Origin: Lachnospiraceae bacterium
Lineage (GTDB): Bacteria > Bacillota > Clostridia > Lachnospirales > Lachnospiraceae
NCBI GenBank assembly: GCA_017936885.1
Contig: JAGBEO010000001.1
Coordinates: 1,733 to 65,732 of the forward strand
Direction of reading: 5' to 3'
Length of the DNA: 64,000 bases
Shown here: positions 1 to 8,643 of the stretch, in pieces
Layout of the letters: every line of letters begins with the position of its first letter
Numbering within the stretch: the first letter of the stretch is position 1
Program-made: the position numbers and the translations under genes
Notes under the pieces: model-generated
Seen by the model: only the letters and a program-made list of their open reading frames with translations
Told to the model about the DNA's origin: nothing
Databases searched by the model: none

Positions 1-2
1 CA

Positions 3-1286
3 ACGGAGCAGTTCTATGCGAATGAGATTTCCTGCGACAGAGCATTGGTCGTGGAGGATAATGGTGATGCACTGGCAGAGCGAATCCGCCTGATAGAACA
101 GGCACAGGACAACATCATCTTATCCACCTTTGATTTTCGGGCAGATACAGCGGGCAAACAGGTGATCGCAGCCCTGATGGCAGCAGCGGACCGGGATGTT
201 TCGGTAGAAATATTGGTGGACGGTTTTAATTTTCTAATGCAAATGCAGGGGAATCCCTATTTCTATGCTTTGACAGAGAAGGAAACTGTTACAGTCAAGG
301 TGTACAATCCCATCAATCTGCTGACTCCCTGGAAGGGCATGAGCCGTCTGCATGATAAATATGTGATCGCAGACGACACCCTTTATCTGTTAGGCGGACG
401 AAACACCTTCAATTATTTTCTGGGCGATCAGGAAGGACATAAGAATCATGACAGGGATGTACTTGTCTATAATACCGGCGGTACAGAAGCTTCTGTCTAT
501 CAGATCATAGATTATTTCGACACTGTATGGAACCAAAAGGAATGTAAAAGCTGGAAGCCCAGTAAATGGCTTACGGATACCCATGCGGTCAAAGAGAAAA
601 CCAATGAGCTTTATGAACTATATGACAGGATGCAAAAAGAACATGAAGACTGGTTTTCCGCAGCAGACTATGAAGCTAAGACTCTTCCGGTCAATAAAAT
701 CACGCTGCTTTCCAATTCAACGAAGCTCTATGCGAAGGAGCCGCGGGTATTTTACGGATTGGGGAAATTAATGGAACATGCAGAAGAAAGCGTATTAGTA
801 CATACACCTTATATTATGTGTAACGATATGATGTATGATAGCTTTGCTCATATTTGTGAGAGCGGGGTTCCGGTCACTGTCATGACCAATTCGGTCAAAA
901 ACAACGGGAATGCTTTCGGCGCCGTGGATTATGCGCTGCATAAAGAAGAGCTTTTAAATACAGACATGCAGATTCTGGAATATGAGGGCGGTATTTCTTA
1001 TCACGGGAAAAGTATCGTCATTGATGATGATATTGCCATAATAGGCTCTTTTAATATGGATATGAAAAGTGTCTACCATGATACGGAGATGATGCTTGTC
1101 ATTAACAGCAAAGAATTGACTGCACAACTCAAAGAGAATCTGGAAAGCTATCAGACGGAAACCAAAGAAGCAAGCCTGCAGGAAAACATAAACGATGAGC
1201 TGTTCGGGGACGGTGTTTCCGTGCCGCAGAAAATTCAGCGGTTTTTCATCCGGCTTCTGGACAAGCCGCTGCGGTTTCTGCTGTAG
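3..1286 (+). CDS. Phospholipase D / cardiolipin-synthase-like protein, 5'-partial
   Basis: The frame is open from nt 3 to the window edge. Two HKD motifs are present (HDKYVIADD and HGKSIVIDDD) in the typical two-domain PLD layout. Confidence 0.8.
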   Translation, partial: TEQFYANEISCDRALVVEDNGDALAERIRLIEQAQDNIILSTFDFRADTAGKQVIAALMAAADRDVSVEILVDGFNFLMQMQGNPYFYALTEKETVTVKVYNPINLLTPWKGMSRLHDKYVIADDTLYLLGGRNTFNYFLGDQEGHKNHDRDVLVYNTGGTEASVYQIIDYFDTVWNQKECKSWKPSKWLTDTHAVKEKTNELYELYDRMQKEHEDWFSAADYEAKTLPVNKITLLSNSTKLYAKEPRVFYGLGKLMEHAEESVLVHTPYIMCNDMMYDSFAHICESGVPVTVMTNSVKNNGNAFGAVDYALHKEELLNTDMQILEYEGGISYHGKSIVIDDDIAIIGSFNMDMKSVYHDTEMMLVINSKELTAQLKENLESYQTETKEASLQENINDELFGDGVSVPQKIQRFFIRLLDKPLRFLL

Positions 1287-1296
1287 AAAATCACCT

Positions 1297-1563
1297 TTAC
1301 AACCATTCATAACCGCCGCCTGTGATAGCAAGGCTTAACAGCGTATCCATTTTCTCTACTTCTTCACCCTCTACGATCTGTAAAAGCTTCGCTGTCTCTT
1401 TTGCAGCGGGCATTTCCTCACCCGGTCCGATCTCCCAGTCCAGATCTTCTCCGCAGGTCGGACATACGATCTGAGGCTCCGTATGCAGGGACAGGAATCT
1501 GTCACCGCACTCTGTGCACTCATAAAAACCACATTTGGTTGTTCCGTCAGGGACGTAATACAT
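1297..1563 (-). CDS. Small zinc-ribbon protein (hypothetical)
   Basis: 88 aa with paired CxxC motifs (CTECG ... CPTCG). AGGAGG lies upstream of the ATG. Convergent with the PLD gene. Confidence 0.55.
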   Translation of the reverse strand: MYYVPDGTTKCGFYECTECGDRFLSLHTEPQIVCPTCGEDLDWEIGPGEEMPAAKETAKLLQIVEGEEVEKMDTLLSLAITGGGYEWL

Positions 1564-1762
1564 GTCTTTTTCCTCCTAATATACAAGTATAATAGTTCAA
1601 AACCCAACAGATGGTCGGGCTTACATCCTGCATTATGTACAGTATAATAGATGATAACAACACTTGCAAGAACCACCCCTGATTCTGTTTCACCTCCGGC
1701 TACGCTATAAACAATTGGGAAAAGGAAAAGAGGATAAGCATGAAACTTCTATCCGATGATGT

Positions 1763-2605
1763 TCAGTTCGAATGCTCAAACGCCCATCTTCTCGCCTCCG
1801 CAATATTCATGCCATGAAAACGCCCGAAATCATGCATCAGATGAGATTGGTCAGTGTACCCGTAACAATACACCGCATCCAGAATCCGAAACTGCGGCCG
1901 GTAAAGAATATCCTGCCACAAACACTGATATCGCACAAGTGAAGAAAATGTCTTGGGCGATATCCCGATATACTCTCTGAAAAGCCGCTCCAATGTTCTG
2001 CTGCTTGTGTGCAGTTCACCGGAAAGCGCTCCGATTTCCAGACTGCCTTTTCTCCCTAACATCTCCCCCAAGGCTTCTGTAAGAAGATGATTTTCCCGTT
2101 CCGGATGAAAGTGTTCCAGGAGAACCTTTTCTGTCATTACGGCACGAAGCCTGATATCGGTCACTTCGAACAGAATTGGTTCCAGTTTTTTCTTAATATT
2201 AGCAAAATGATACCCTACGTCGAAAAAAGCATTTTTCGTATCACGCAAACTATCTTCCGCAAAAAGATATGCACTCCATGGGTAGAACCGGATGGCGAAC
2301 ACGGAAACTTCTTTTTCCGCATCATTCGCCTGGCAGGTTTCAAAGGTTCTGTCATCAATGCCGCAGAATTTATTGAAAACCTGATTCCGGGTAAAGTCCG
2401 TGGAGAAAATGATATCCATGCAGGTATCCGGCGTCACAATTCCATGGGTAGGCACATCAGTTTTATGTTCATAATACGGTTTCCTGCTGCCCCAAAAGCA
2501 TCGGATATAAGGCTTTAGTGCCGCACAGGGTTCTAATTCCATATACGTTTCATTGCAGGCAAAAGGAGTCGCCGTAATAGGATGATACATTTTGTCAAAA
2601 TTCAT
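1763..2605 (-). CDS. AraC-family transcriptional regulator
   Basis: C-terminal double HTH (SSRTLERLFREYIGISPKTFSSLVRYQ ... GYTDQSHLMHDFGRFHGM), typical of AraC/XylS. Confidence 0.85.
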   Translation of the reverse strand: MNFDKMYHPITATPFACNETYMELEPCAALKPYIRCFWGSRKPYYEHKTDVPTHGIVTPDTCMDIIFSTDFTRNQVFNKFCGIDDRTFETCQANDAEKEVSVFAIRFYPWSAYLFAEDSLRDTKNAFFDVGYHFANIKKKLEPILFEVTDIRLRAVMTEKVLLEHFHPERENHLLTEALGEMLGRKGSLEIGALSGELHTSSRTLERLFREYIGISPKTFSSLVRYQCLWQDILYRPQFRILDAVYCYGYTDQSHLMHDFGRFHGMNIAEARRWAFEHSN

Positions 2606-2663
2606 TGCTTGCCCTCGCTTATGCTTTATTATCGCATAAAGCGGACATATTGAAAAGATTTGT

Positions 2664-2987
2664 CTATCTTTTCTTTCCTTTCTTCACCCGCTCGGGCAGT
2701 TCCGGTTCCATGGCTTTTACCATCTCCTGTAGCAATTCCCTGTTATCCAGAATCGTTACGGGAAGCATGGGTTTAGCGCCATCGTAGGGTGGTTCCGGCT
2801 CACTGTCCGGCATATAACGGCGGGCTGCCTCCGTATTCTTTACCAGAAAACCATTGCCGTAAATACCGCCTATGATCTTCTCTCTGTAATAAAAAATGTA
2901 CCCGCCCATCATGGGTATGTTCCTGATATCGCCAAGTTCTGCAAGCTGATCCATGATGTAAGCGGCAAGTTCTTTGTTATTCGCCAT
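2664..2987 (-). CDS. TfoX/Sxy N-terminal-domain family protein
   Basis: MANNKELAAYIMDQL...MMGGYIFYYREKIIGGIYGNGFLVK resembles the TfoX_N fold. The start is placed at the internal Met (MANNK). Confidence 0.6.
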   Translation of the reverse strand: MANNKELAAYIMDQLAELGDIRNIPMMGGYIFYYREKIIGGIYGNGFLVKNTEAARRYMPDSEPEPPYDGAKPMLPVTILDNRELLQEMVKAMEPELPERVKKGKKR

Positions 2988-3123
2988 TTGAATCCTCTCT
3001 TCTGTGTCATAATTTTGCAAAAGAAGTATACCGTACCGTCTTAGATTTTTCTTGTAGAAAAGCGACAGGTTTTCGCTGCCGCCTTTCCTTTCTTATTTAT
3101 TCAGCTTTTAGACAATGTCATGA

Positions 3124-3609
3124 TTACAGATTTTCTTTCTGCCTGAATTGCTCTATATTTTGTGCTTCGGAAGCAGATAAAAGCCACTGTTCCAGCACTG
3201 TCTTGTCCTGTTGAGAGACGATTTTCTCTCTTAAATCTGCGGGAACCTCGCCCATGTTTTCTAACAGAGTCAGGATAGAAGCTGACATTCCTTCTTTCAT
3301 TCCTTCTTTTCTGCCAATCGCGATCCCCTCGTCTCTGATATAATCATCCTCAGCCCAGCGATCCCGTTTTGCTTTCCAATAATCATCGTAGAGCCACCGC
3401 AATGACTTTCTGATGCTCATATTTTTAACCATCCTGATGGCTTCTGCCATTCCCTCATTTTTAACTGCAATCATAGCCAGATCTGCCTCCTCCCGCGCAT
3501 TAAAAAGTCTGATCCAGTCATCCACCGGTGTCCCTTGTAATGCTTTTGTCAGTTCAATAATGTGTACTTCCCATAAATCTGTCAATTCTTTTCCCCAAGT
3601 GTCGCGCAT
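3124..3609 (-). pseudogene. C-terminal fragment of a PDDEXK_2/Rpn-type putative transposase (N-terminal nuclease core missing)
   Basis: The sequence WEVHIIELTK...DDWIRLFNA...EGIAIGRKEGMKEG matches only the C-terminal half typical of this family. No PD-(D/E)XK core is encoded upstream. Confidence 0.45.
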
Positions 3610-3784
3610 ACGGTATACCGAATGATACTCCTGCTCTTAAATTGTGATTGTCTGAATTTAAAAGCATAGATTCTCTGAAGTTTAGAATGTTTGATTTGAC
3701 ATAATATTGTTAACTAGAAATTGTTATACTTCGGTTTGATTATAGCATATATGAATCTTTGCCAATCTGTAAAAATTTGAAGCT

Positions 3785-4120
3785 GTGTCTTCCGGCACTC
3801 ACGGATTTTGCACAACGCTTCGCCCAACTCTGCCGGAGCACTTTATCATGCTGACAGCATACCCTATAGATAAAGACTCCTTAAAGGCAGAATTTATGGC
3901 ATATTCTGATTATGTACCCGTAACGAGTCTTATATTAAGTCTTACAAATGAGAATGACTGTTGCAGTCAAATGATGGCGCTTCAGACAGAAGACAGCATG
4001 ATTCATTTTGTGATAGGTCCTGAGACCAGGGTAATCGACTGCAGACGGCTCCTACTCGGGCTTCGCGTTACTGCGTTTTATGACCGTTCCCTTCCCGCCC
4101 CGCTGATTTATCCGCCCTAG
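3785..4120 (+). CDS. Hypothetical protein (possibly a gene remnant)
   Basis: ORF only, with no recognisable motif. It is separated from the next ORF by a single in-frame TAG. Confidence 0.25.
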   Translation: MSSGTHGFCTTLRPTLPEHFIMLTAYPIDKDSLKAEFMAYSDYVPVTSLILSLTNENDCCSQMMALQTEDSMIHFVIGPETRVIDCRRLLLGLRVTAFYDRSLPAPLIYPP

Positions 4121-4132
4121 TACCGTACGCAA

Positions 4133-4519
4133 ATGATCATCGCGGTCACTCTGCGCTATCCGTTTATGAAACTATTTCTGATTCTCTTTCTATGCAGGGA
4201 ACTGTATATGGCTCTGATGGGGCTCTATCTGCTGAAACACAAAAATGTATGCAACGTCGCGCAGTGGTATGGGAAGATCTGCACAACCATGATAGACGCT
4301 GGCGTTTTTATCCTCCGCTTCCCAGGGATCCCCTATCAGGCTGCCAACATAATCATCATCGTCATGGGAATCGTAAGCCTGCTCAATTACCTGTTTGACG
4401 CTCCGCTCACCTCGCTGCAGCTTGTCATAAACGGTATCAGCATCCTTCTATTCGCGGCAGTATGCTTCTTATTCTCCTGTCCGATAAGCATTCTGATCTT
4501 TAGCAGAAAAGAATATTAA
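4133..4519 (+). CDS. Small membrane protein resembling the C-terminal part of a CDP-alcohol phosphatidyltransferase (possible remnant)
   Basis: Three to four hydrophobic helices. The AQWYGKICTTMIDAGVF segment is reminiscent of a PgsA-type C-terminus. The catalytic DG..D...D motif is absent. Confidence 0.3.
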   Translation: MIIAVTLRYPFMKLFLILFLCRELYMALMGLYLLKHKNVCNVAQWYGKICTTMIDAGVFILRFPGIPYQAANIIIIVMGIVSLLNYLFDAPLTSLQLVINGISILLFAAVCFLFSCPISILIFSRKEY

Positions 4520-4680
4520 CAGCGTTCGGATATCACAAATTGTAACCAGGATGAGACATACTACAGCACCCACTTCCTAATGTCAGAAATACTATACCAG
4601 GAAACCTCTTGAAATCATTCCATAAATCAGACTGGTCGGTGTACCCATAGCGGTACACCGCATCCACGACCTGAAAAAGA

Positions 4681-5622
4681 TTATATATTTATCATTCCTC
4701 CGGCGGCGGCATATTCCTCTCTGGAGCATCCCGTTACACGCATTATGATCTGTTCATCTAACCCTTCGCGCAACAGACTGCGGAGGATGCGAATTCTTTC
4801 TTCCTGTTTGCCTTCTTTCCGGCCCACTTTTCTTCCCTCTTTCCTGCCATTCTGCTTCTCTTCCTTAAGCCATTCATCCAATGCCTTACACATAGGTTCA
4901 CCCTCCTCCTCTACCTTTCTCAACAAGACCTTATTATTCAGATGCGCTGATATTACCACTTCTGTTTCATGACTAAGCTTCTGAAACCGCTCCAGACGAA
5001 TCAGTTCTTCCAGCTTCTCCCTATCGCCTCTGCACTGCATCGCCTGAAAAAACTCCCTTAAATCCGTATGGTAATTCCGCACATCGATATAATCAGCTTC
5101 CATCAGTGGAAAACCGTAATCGTTGAACAGCACGCCAGATTGGCTTGCGACCTTTTGCGATATCCGAAGCAGCTCAGCCAGATTCTTCCTGCCGCGCCAG
5201 CGCCCTTCTCCCATATATAAAACCATCGTAATAACAGGCTTCAGACAATCTATTTCTTTCATCCGGCTCTTCTTCTCCCGATACGCCTCATAAGCCTTAC
5301 TCTTCCGATGTTCTCTGTCAATCTCCCGTATCTGGCACTCATATTCACTGGCATCGTAAACCATAATGCGCTCCGGCATGCTGTAATCAGATTCCAGCTC
5401 AATTTCCAGTCCATAACAGATATTCTGTCCGGAATCATACATCAATATGTCCCGTTCTTTCTCCCCGGATGCTGATGACAGCGACGGGTAGCTTCTTTTT
5501 AACAGTTCCAGCCTCTCTGGTACAAGAACCTTCTCTCCATGATAAATCTCCATGTTAATCAGTTCTGCAAACCTGTCTGGTCCGGCAAAGAACCTTCTGT
5601 CCAGTATATCAATTTTGCCCAT
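4681..5622 (-). CDS. Rpn (YhgA-like) family recombination-promoting nuclease / putative transposase, copy A
   Basis: PD-(D/E)XK-like core (RDILMYD ... GLEIELESDYSMPERIMVYDA, compare the YhgA motif LIEHQS..MxxR). Lys/Glu-rich C-terminal tail. Paralogous to 25391-26287. Confidence 0.8.
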   Translation of the reverse strand: MGKIDILDRRFFAGPDRFAELINMEIYHGEKVLVPERLELLKRSYPSLSSASGEKERDILMYDSGQNICYGLEIELESDYSMPERIMVYDASEYECQIREIDREHRKSKAYEAYREKKSRMKEIDCLKPVITMVLYMGEGRWRGRKNLAELLRISQKVASQSGVLFNDYGFPLMEADYIDVRNYHTDLREFFQAMQCRGDREKLEELIRLERFQKLSHETEVVISAHLNNKVLLRKVEEEGEPMCKALDEWLKEEKQNGRKEGRKVGRKEGKQEERIRILRSLLREGLDEQIIMRVTGCSREEYAAAGGMINI

Positions 5623-5674
5623 ATATCCCTTTCCGGCTGTATATACAATATACCTCGATTTGTGAAGGCAATTG

Positions 5675-5771
5675 TATCAGCCATCTTCTGATATTCGTGT
5701 GAAATATGGCTGATAACGCCGAAACCGGATATGGCCGGTTAATCAATTCCGAACGGAATTTTGAATTTCAC
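5675..5771 (-). promoter_or_regulatory. Structured 5' leader element of Rpn copy A
   Basis: Closing stem GTGAAAT (5699-5705) / ATTTCAC (5765-5771) encloses hairpins AACCGG..CCGGTT and AATTCC-GAAC-GGAATT. An alternative 10-bp stem TATCAGCCAT (5675-5684) / ATGGCTGATA (5706-5715) is also possible. The element is conserved upstream of copy B. Confidence 0.55.
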
Positions 5772-5799
5772 TGTTTATAAAACGTTTTTTATTAATTGC

Positions 5800-5828
5800 A
5801 TTATAGAAAGAATCTCATATGATGTCAA
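5800..5828 (-). promoter_or_regulatory. Consensus sigma-70-type promoter of Rpn copy A
   Basis: The minus strand reads TTGACA, a 17-nt spacer, then TATAAT (-35 at 5828-5823, -10 at 5805-5800). Confidence 0.7.
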
Positions 5829-6477
5829 TAGATTTCAGGACAAATAATGTACTAATTTTCGTTTATCTCATCTACTTTTCCCTTTTACATTGCCACATAA
5901 AACAATGCATTATACATAATATATAATACAATATTTTGTATTTTATTTATAAAGGTATTCGTTAATACACTACACTTAGTAGCATTTCTATATGGGTCAT
6001 TATTACGCCCATCTTTTTTCTACACATATTAATTCCAAAATTGTTCCGCTTCTTCTGTGTTATATCTTATAATATATTTATCTTCAATTGCTCTCTACAT
6101 CAATTCTGGTTGGTTGAAAACATCTCGGTTTCATCTTATTTTATGAAAGGTAATTTCCATGCAGGTTAAATCAACCGCTCCTTTTCAAATTTCCGGCTCT
6201 GCTCGCTCACCATACTTGCGCAAACTGACAGTCTTTTGGTCAAAACTCCATGATCCGACCTGATTCCACGTATAGCTTTCTGCATTTTTCACATAATAAA
6301 GCCGGAGGACATAGTGTGAAAAATCACACTGATGTGCTATTGTTTCACAAACTGAACGAGTTCAGTTGGTTATTTGTTTCTGAGCGAAAACAAATAGCTC
6401 TGATGGCAGATGAGAAACCATCTACGCGGATTTCTCATCGCCTCTTCGTGACAAGTCGTTCAGAAATGAGGATTAAA

Positions 6478-6588
6478 ATGAAAACAATTGCATTTTTACT
6501 ACTACTTTTATATGATTTTTTCATATGGACGCTTTGTAAAGCATGCTCCATAGCTGATGAACGCGAAAATTTTGACGGAAGCTATTAG
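6478..6588 (+). CDS. Candidate 36-aa hydrophobic peptide (hypothetical)
   Basis: GAGGA lies 5 nt upstream of the ATG. Sequence MKTIAFLLLLLYDFFIWTLCKACSIADERENFDGSY has one TM-like helix and a charged tail. It is preceded by four consecutive hairpins. Confidence 0.25.
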   Translation: MKTIAFLLLLLYDFFIWTLCKACSIADERENFDGSY

Positions 6589-6704
6589 ACTTCCCATAAA
6601 GCAAAAAGCACCTCCGTGAATTTTTATTACGTTGGTGCTTTGGTCATTATATATCATTTATTTTCTGCTATTAAAGCTCTCTTCAATTTCAAAAAATGCT
6701 TATC

Positions 6705-6787
6705 CCTCCATTGCCGCGGCATATTCCTCTTTTTCCCCGGTGCAAGAACCTTCTCTCCATGATAAATTTCCGTGTTAATCAATTCTA
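6705..6787 (-). pseudogene. Internally deleted remnant of an Rpn (YhgA-like) gene
   Basis: 6739-6787 matches the N-terminal coding part of copy A (about 5518-5567; AAGAACCTTCTCTCCATGATAAAT is identical). 6705-6730 matches the 3' end of copy A (about 4696-4724). Roughly 0.8 kb in between is missing. Confidence 0.65.
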
Positions 6788-6816
6788 CGGTATACGGTAA
6801 ATCACGAGTACCGTAG

Positions 6817-6848
6817 TTTTTAAAAGCCGCCAATGCTGATCTGGCGGC
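6817..6848 (-). terminator. Rho-independent terminator downstream of the XRE gene / cps cassette
   Basis: 7-bp GC-rich stem GCCGCCA (6826-6832) / TGGCGGC (6842-6848), followed on the minus strand by TTTTAAAAA. Confidence 0.55.
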
Positions 6849-6960
6849 TACAGTCTGAGCAGGTTCTTCGGAACCTACTTTTCTATTTTTAGACATAAAA
6901 ATGGAGCCATTGCTCCATAGATGATTACTCATCTATTTTGCAACAGCCCCGACCAGATTT

Positions 6961-7401
6961 TCAATTGTCCACATACCATTTAATCAGTTCTAAAACTTTC
7001 TTCTGCTTTTCATTCTCAAGCTTTTCCATATACGACACTGCTGCTGTAATTGCCGGCGATTTCACAACCTGTTGCACCGGCTTTCTTGTATCTGTCTGAT
7101 TCAGATGATCTGTGGCAAGCACATGACCGCTTTTCTCCTGATCTTTCATAATTCTGAAACAGGCTTCCAGTTCACTTCGCTTTGATGCATCCAGATGCAT
7201 TTTGGAAATAAACACATCCGTTGGGATATCGTATAATTCTGCCATCCCGACAATGGATTGATACGTGGGCAGATTTCGCCCGGTTTCATAGTGGGAATAT
7301 GCCTGTCTGCCTATTCCCAGTACTTGTGAAAGATATAATTGGGAATAGCCGTGTGAAATTCTTAATTCTGTTATGTATTCTGCGATTTCACTATGATTCA
7401 T
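6961..7401 (-). CDS. XRE-family HTH transcriptional regulator
   Basis: N-terminal Cro/C1-type HTH (HGYSQLYLSQVLGIGRQAYSHYETGRNLP). Confidence 0.8.
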   Translation of the reverse strand: MNHSEIAEYITELRISHGYSQLYLSQVLGIGRQAYSHYETGRNLPTYQSIVGMAELYDIPTDVFISKMHLDASKRSELEACFRIMKDQEKSGHVLATDHLNQTDTRKPVQQVVKSPAITAAVSYMEKLENEKQKKVLELIKWYVDN

Positions 7402-7514
7402 GTCATACTCCTTATCTGCAGTGCTTGGTGACTTCTCTATTCTGTGAAAAATTTTGTACCTTCATCTCTATTTTAAAATGCCTTGTTACAATAGAGCTCA
7501 TAATCGGGATTCCT

Positions 7515-8627
7515 CTACAATACTTCTTTCGTTTTATCCAAAGCTGCCGCGATCACCGCATCCATGTCATAATACTTATATTCTCCAAGCCTTCCGCCAA
7601 TAATTACCTTTGCTTCCTTATCTGCCAATGTTCTGTATTTTTTATATAGTTCATTATTTTTCTCATCATTGACAGGATAATAAGGTTCATCCCCCTGTTT
7701 CCATTCGGAGCTGTATTCGCGGCTGATAACAGTCTTGGGTAAATCTCTTCCCTCTTCATCCTTGCCGAACTCAAACCATTTATGTTCAATAATACGAGTC
7801 CAAGGCGTTTCCTTGTCTGTATAATTGACTGCCGCATTCCCCTGAAAATTAGGTATATTCAAGATTTCTGTTTCAAAACGCACGGAACGATATTCCAGTG
7901 TTCCCAACTTATAGCCAAAATAGGCATCAATCGGTCCGGTATAAATTATTCTTGATGCAAGCTTGTCCAGTTCCGCTTTATTTTCCAGATACTCAATTCC
8001 ACGGCTGACTTCGATACCATCTAACATATTCATAACCATTTGCGTATAGCCGCCAACAGGAATGCCCTGATATAAAGCGTTGAAATAATTATTATCAAAA
8101 GTAAATCTGACCGGAAGCCGTTTGATGATAAATGCCGGAAGTTCTTTACAGGGTCTTCCCCATTGCTTCTCTGTGTACCCTTTGATTAATTTCTCATAAA
8201 TGTCAGTCCCCACTAAGCTAATCGCCTGCTCTTCAAGATTCGTGGGTTTTTCGATGCCAGCAACTTTCTTCTGTTCTTCTATTTTGGCAGCCGCTTCCTC
8301 CGGCGTTATAACACCCCACATCTTATTAAAGGTGTACATATTAAAAGGAAGGGAATATAATTCACCACAATAATTTGCTACCGGAGAATTGGTAAAACGG
8401 TTAAACGCTGCAAATCGATTCACATAGCTCCAGACCTCCCTGTTATTTGTATGAAAAATATGAGCGCCGTATTTATGTACATTGATACCCGCTATTTCTT
8501 CTGTAAAAATATTTCCTGCAATGTGAGGCCGCTTGTCAATGACAAGAACCGATTTACCTGCGTCTGCCGCTTGTCTTGCAAATACGGAGCCGTATAGACC
8601 GGCGCCTACTATTAGATAGTCGTACAT
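7515..8627 (-). CDS. glf: UDP-galactopyranose mutase
   Basis: N-terminal FAD fold YDYLIVGAGLYGSVFA, ...VHKYGAHIFHTNN, and full-length resemblance to Glf. Confidence 0.92.
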   Translation of the reverse strand: MYDYLIVGAGLYGSVFARQAADAGKSVLVIDKRPHIAGNIFTEEIAGINVHKYGAHIFHTNNREVWSYVNRFAAFNRFTNSPVANYCGELYSLPFNMYTFNKMWGVITPEEAAAKIEEQKKVAGIEKPTNLEEQAISLVGTDIYEKLIKGYTEKQWGRPCKELPAFIIKRLPVRFTFDNNYFNALYQGIPVGGYTQMVMNMLDGIEVSRGIEYLENKAELDKLASRIIYTGPIDAYFGYKLGTLEYRSVRFETEILNIPNFQGNAAVNYTDKETPWTRIIEHKWFEFGKDEEGRDLPKTVISREYSSEWKQGDEPYYPVNDEKNNELYKKYRTLADKEAKVIIGGRLGEYKYYDMDAVIAAALDKTKEVL

Positions 8628-8643
8628 TTATTTCTTCACCTTC

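Noticed and set aside
3785-4519. The two ORFs share a frame and are separated by a single TAG (PP*YRTQM), suggesting one gene with a nonsense mutation or stop-codon read-through.
   Set aside because: The two halves do not resemble parts of any single protein family I recognise. The region looks like mosaic gene debris next to Rpn elements, so there is no support for recoding.
4637-4660. The hairpin CGGTGTACC-CATAGC-GGTACACCG downstream of Rpn copy A, considered as a terminator or as the counterpart of the copy B inverted repeat.
   Set aside because: No U-run follows on either strand, and it shares no sequence with the 20-bp repeat of copy B. It is not reported as a feature.
6250-6588. The full 112-aa ORF from the track.
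   Set aside because: The N-terminal two thirds overlap the hairpin-rich region and have no SD or coding-like composition. Only the terminal 36-aa portion, which has an SD, was retained, at low confidence.
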